From assembly GCA_021613535.1 (NCBI GenBank), contig CP075492.1, positions 15,128,001-15,192,000 on the forward strand: a stretch of 64,000 nt of DNA. The letters run 5' to 3'. The stretch comes from Adineta vaga. Taxonomy: Eukaryota; Animalia; Rotifera. The translations under genes and the position numbers were made by a program. The notes under the pieces were generated by a model that did not search any database, had not been told where the DNA came from, and saw only the letters and a program-made list of their open reading frames with translations. Below are positions 59,218 through 64,000 of the stretch, one piece after another (the stretch's first letter is position 1; every line of letters begins with the position of its first letter).

Positions 59218-61176
59218 ATGGTTCGTCATCGACGTTTTCGTGAGAAATATCGTTCTAAATCATCAACGAAAGAAAATTCCAAACGACGAATGTTACCATG
59301 GATTAAACTAACTCTATCCGCATCTGTTCCACTAATGATTGCCGTATTTACAATTGTTTCATATGTTCAACAAATGCAAATGCAAGAACAAAATCGTCAA
59401 AGAGATGAAGAATTAGCAAATGCAACACGCTATCATGATCTTAAACTTGCCAATTTAACACAAACTAAAGATTGGGATATTGCCGAAGCAAATTTGATGA
59501 TTGCTAATGAAACAAAGATTCAAGATCGTCAAATAGCTGAAGAGAATCGAGAAGAAGATCGTATGCGACAACAAGATCTACATTATGAAACAGTCTATTC
59601 TAAATATATAGATGATATTTCTACAATTCTCTATAAACATCCCACTAATCAATCAACATTCATTGATGACGAAATGAAAATACTTTATATTCGTCGAAAA
59701 ACATTGATGACATTAAGATCAATTGATAGTGAACGACGAAGTCAATTATTTTTATTTCTCTATGAAAATAATCTTCTACCAAGTCGATCTTCTTCATCGA
59801 AGAATATGTCATTAGCTGGAGCTGATTTACGGAATATTACCATTCGAAGTCCTGTTGTAGGTTCATATAGATTTCAATCATTGTCATTAAAGTCAGTTGA
59901 TCTAACCAATGCAACATTTATTGGATGTGAATTTTATGAAGAAACAGATTTCAATGGGTCAAGTATGGTTAATGTGAAATTTATTGATACAACGTTCAAG
60001 AACCAACTCATAATCCATAAAGTTAATTTAACCAATGCATCTTTTATCAATTGTGCGTTTATGAACAGAGTAGAATTTGTTGAATCTCGATTCGATCTTG
60101 CACAATTTATTCGATCAAAATTCGAACAATTGACTTCAATTGATGTGACTTTTCTTAATGCATCATTTCAAACTTGTATATTCTGCGGTCCAACAGAATT
60201 TATACTATCAAGAGAAATGAATGGAATTAGTTTCGTTGATTCAAAATTTCAATCTAATAGACATCAATTCGGCTATGTTTCTTTGAATTATTCCGATTTT
60301 CAAAATACGTCAATAGAAAATACTGATTTCAATAATTCTTATTTAGTATCTTCAAATTTTGATGGTGCATATTTACGTAATGTTCGTTTCTTTTCGGGAG
60401 CACTTTTAATCAATTCAAGTTTTGAAAATACGAATTTTTCACAAATTAAATTTGCTCAAACGAATCTTTTTGGTGCAAAAATAGATCTAACAGATTCGAG
60501 TAATTTTCAATTTGATAATATTATTCTTCCAAATGGAACCTGGATGATAAATAGTGAAAAATTAATTCGAAATGGTGATGCTGAAGCAACTGTAAGTAAA
60601 TCTTAATCGTTGAACTACATTATTTTGAATAGTTTTTATCATCGAAAAGGAAGAAGATTTTCAATGGACAACGACGGATAACGATTTGCCAGTTTTATAT
60701 CATCATAATAAAACTGGTTTATCAACTGTAAATTCTACAATAGGTGCTCGTTCTTTCGAATGTTCGAGCAAAACGAAATGCAAAATGGAACAACGCGTCG
60801 AATTGAATATGTTTCAAATCTTTAGGAATACCGGTGAAGTCGAATACATTTTTTCTGCTTATTTCGGAACGGATCGTGAATGTTCGAATAATTCCATCCA
60901 AATTCGGATTACTTTTAGACAGACAATGATAACAATAGGAGAAACAAATCCATGTAAGTAATATCAATCTTGATGCATTCAGATTTCCAATATATATGTT
61001 CTATATTCATTTTAGACATTAAATCATTAAACCATTCGATATATTGGCAAAAAATAGAACATAGATTTGTAATGGAAAGAATGAGAGACTCTTCCTTTAA
61101 TATTTTGATATATTTTAACGATAATTCAGCTTCGTGTTATCTTGATAATATTGAACTTCATTTGAAACAGAAATGA
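59218..61176 (+). CDS. Single-pass membrane pentapeptide-repeat protein with coiled coil and C-terminal beta-sandwich domain
   Basis: Exons 59218-60591, 60650-60953 and 61016-61176. TM, coiled coil, YIDDIS...KTLMTLRSIDSERRSQLFLFLYE, many xxLxxAxF pentapeptides, ILPNGT, LIRNGDAE. Confidence 0.85.
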
Positions 61177-61317
61177 ATAGATATAAATATGTGATAATTA
61201 TTTTGAAATAAACATTTTCTCGGAAAAAATCAGGAGCGTTTAAAATAAAACGAATGAGTAGATTTATCGAATGATGATGATGATTAAGTCAAAAAACAGG
61301 AAACAGAAACTGTACAA

Positions 61318-61386
61318 AGGGGTGGGTGTGGTTAGGTTAAAAGAGATTATTCATAAATATAGTGTTTAACCTCACCCACACCCTCA
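61318..61386. repeat. Imperfect inverted repeat built from telomere-like TGWGGG units
   Basis: Left arm aggggtgggtgtggttaggttaaa. Right arm tttaacctcacccacaccctc has reverse complement gagggtgtgggtgaggttaaa. Confidence 0.65.
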
Positions 61387-61574
61387 ACGTGATATTTTGC
61401 ATTACTTGTCATAATGATGAACATATATTTTTTGTAATCTGAAGATGTGAATCAAGCGCATCAAATCATCCTTCATACTCTCACTTCAACTCTTGAATAA
61501 AAATCGATAGAAACGACAAAAAAAAATACAAACAATAGTTAATTGATCATTCAATTCTTGTTTAGAGGATATCG

Positions 61575-64000
61575 TCAACTTGGAATTGTTTTAGAAAATA
61601 TAACTTGAAATCTAACTTCGTTTCGAACATATATCAGGCTGTTTCGTATTTGCAATATTGTCTTTGTTAATGCATCGTTAGGCGACATGTTTCCCAAAAT
61701 CTTCAGTGTGATTTTCTTCAATTGCTGACATGAATTTGCCAAAATTATCCATTGATCTATATCTAACAATTTCTCAACAATAAATTCGTTAATTACGAAG
61801 TAAACCGAATGAATATTGCGTAAATTTATAATGAACTTTACAAAATTCGATAAAAGACGAGAAATATACGATTCCATACAATCCCCCATTGAACCCGATG
61901 CAAGACGACTAACATCGAATCGAAAATATTCAATCGAAGTATTAAAAGTCATTTCATTAAGGTGAAGTCTAACAGGTACTGAAGTACGGATTTCTAGACG
62001 CCTTAGTGACCTTGGGAATTGATAAAATATTTTGCTGAGGATACTATTACTGACTTTTTCATTGAACAGAAGCAAAACATTAGTCCAATTGAGAAAACAA
62101 ACAGAGAGATTGTGCGTTTCAAGCGATTCGTGAGGATTGATAAAGATTAAGTTTTGAACATTTTCCAGAATCAGCCGAGAACGTAATTTTCTTTCTGCTT
62201 TAAAATAATTTGTATTAAATTGTATAGAAACAATTTGTTCAGGCAGAAGTTTCTCATTAATCATGTTCATAAATGCATGAGATGGATCTGATAAATGTAC
62301 TTTGACCTGAAATTCAATCAATAAAGGTATAATTTTCGTAGAAAACGAGTTGATTATATCATTTAACGTCAAATATTGACAGATTTCAAGAATAATATCC
62401 CAACAAAAACCCGTATTCTTCAGAAAATCACAAGCCTAAAGAAAAATAAAAGAAAAAAATGTTTATTTCAGTTTAAAGGGAAAACCTACTAAAGCCTTTT
62501 CATTTGCATGAGATTCTTCTTTGAAAATTTTCAGTTCTCTCATAAGTTTTGAATAAGTTAGTACATCGTTATCCAATAGTAATTTGCATTGATATTTAGA
62601 TATTATCGAATCATTCGTTACCTCATCAAATAATCTCGTTATTCCAAAAAGTAATGGACACTTTGTAATGTCAATACTTGTAGAAAAACGTTCATAGAAC
62701 ACTTTATTCCACATATCCATTAATCTATAATATAAATCGAACAATGATCTTTTACCGAAGCGAATAACATTAATTTACATTTCTTGATTTGATTCCGACG
62801 TGATATCGAACGGATAGACAATGAAATCTTCTAATAAATAATCAATAATACTTAATGGATTGATCGTTCTGTTATTTATACTATTATCATCATGTATGTA
62901 TATGAGAACTGGACGACACTAGAATGAAAGAAAGTCAGAATTTATCTTGTCGAGTAATAGAATGTATTGAACGAACTTCTTTGTTTAATGTTCGGTTATG
63001 AATTAGTTTACATGCATTTTGAAGTGAATCGGTAAAGAATGTCGGACAATATTGATAACGTTGTTGTAAATATTGAAAAAAAGATTCAGTTTGAAGATCA
63101 TTGTTTGTTTCGTCTTCATAGCGAATCTTTATACAGAATACATGATTTTTGCAGATAGACTAAGGAAAATACTTACTAAAGCTTCGATTCGATCACAATC
63201 TTCTTTGAATGTAATCAATTCAGATATTAATGTATCTCGCGTTGTTATCTCTTGTGTACGTATCACTCTATCACCTTTGACTAACGATGTGAATTGATAT
63301 TTAGCTGTGGGTAACCAACGATGTTTGCCAGGAAATCGACGAGTGATCCCAAATAGCATAGGGCATTTATCTACAGGAAAGTCATTCAACAATGGACAAA
63401 CAAAGATTTCTTTCCAGATGGCTGATAACCTCTGTCGGTTCGATTCAAGAGTTATATCCCATGGCCAGACGATGTAATTTTCCAGTAAATATTCAATAAA
63501 AATTTCTGAACAAAACATCGTTTTACAAAATATGTTATTTAATGTGCTGTTATCATTGTGTATGTATACAAGTACTAGACGATGCTAATGAAATAAGAGA
63601 CAATGATGTATTTATATAAATCGAGTGTGAATAAACCTCTGTGATGTCTGCTGAATCGAAAGCTGCTTGACAAGCTTTCGAAAGAGAACCGTAGAAAAAT
63701 GTTGGACAAGAATTGTAACGATTAATGAAACATTGGTAGAAAGATTCAATACCTTCTGTTTCATTTATACATTCCGCAGGAACTTGAAATAATACGATAA
63801 TAGTACATATTCTCTTTCAATAAGACAACTTACAAGGACTTCGATTATTATAACTGTAGTCATAATCAAACATTTCATCGTCACTGATATCATCAGAAAC
63901 TGTATCCTATTCCAAAAAAATATGTTAAAACATTTTTTATTATTGTTGAGAAATTTTTACCATATGTACTGTTATTCTGTTTTTGTTTGTTGAAAATATG
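61575..64000 (-). CDS. Multi-exon protein with two UAS (thioredoxin-like, FAF1-type) domains and a C-terminal F-box-like/LRR region; 5' end probably outside the window
   Basis: Duplicated CPTFF.GSL..AC, R.VL.YIH.D, I.YLLE..IV.P.DIT.ESN and KCP.LFGITR, then WDIILEICQYLTLNDIINSFS. Several short GT-AG introns. Confidence 0.72.

Noticed and set aside
1-64000. Bacterial contamination or a prokaryotic operon as the source of the bacterial-like genes
   Set aside because: They are interspersed with spliceosomal-intron genes, share the host AT bias, are followed by AATAAA-type signals, and show no operon structure.

Overview
AT-rich eukaryotic genomic DNA, gene-dense, with short (about 45-70 bp) GT-AG introns. 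The mix of gene families strongly suggests a bdelloid rotifer (Adineta/Rotaria-like): NHL-EGF receptors, ART-TPR proteins, intron-poor rhodopsin-type GPCRs, F-box/LRR arrays, ubiquitin fusions ending LRGGMYHFT, pentapeptide-repeat TM proteins and astacin. That assignment is an inference from family content, not a database result. About 25 apparently intact genes, about 12 pseudogenes or relics and two tandem tRNA-Val genes can be supported. Several genes look horizontally acquired: a Bacteroidetes-type 2H phosphoesterase, a YbiA/NADAR, two DKNYY-repeat proteins, a nucleotidyltransferase-HAD-kinase triple fusion, a DUF4258-like/KH fusion and a pentapeptide-repeat protein. Highlights: (i) an intronless DUF4258(RelE-like)+KH candidate RNase; (ii) the triple-fusion sugar-nucleotide enzyme with a degenerate kinase site; (iii) a tRNA-Val with a GAC anticodon and a non-canonical A32/C33 loop; (iv) recurrent degenerate telomere-like (TGWGGG) G/C-rich motifs, often as inverted pairs between convergent 3' ends; (v) a 154-bp gene-conversion-like tract between diverged LRR paralogs; (vi) a protein with tetherin-like topology. 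No CRISPR array, rRNA or intact transposon was seen. Exon boundaries were read by eye and may be off by a few bases.
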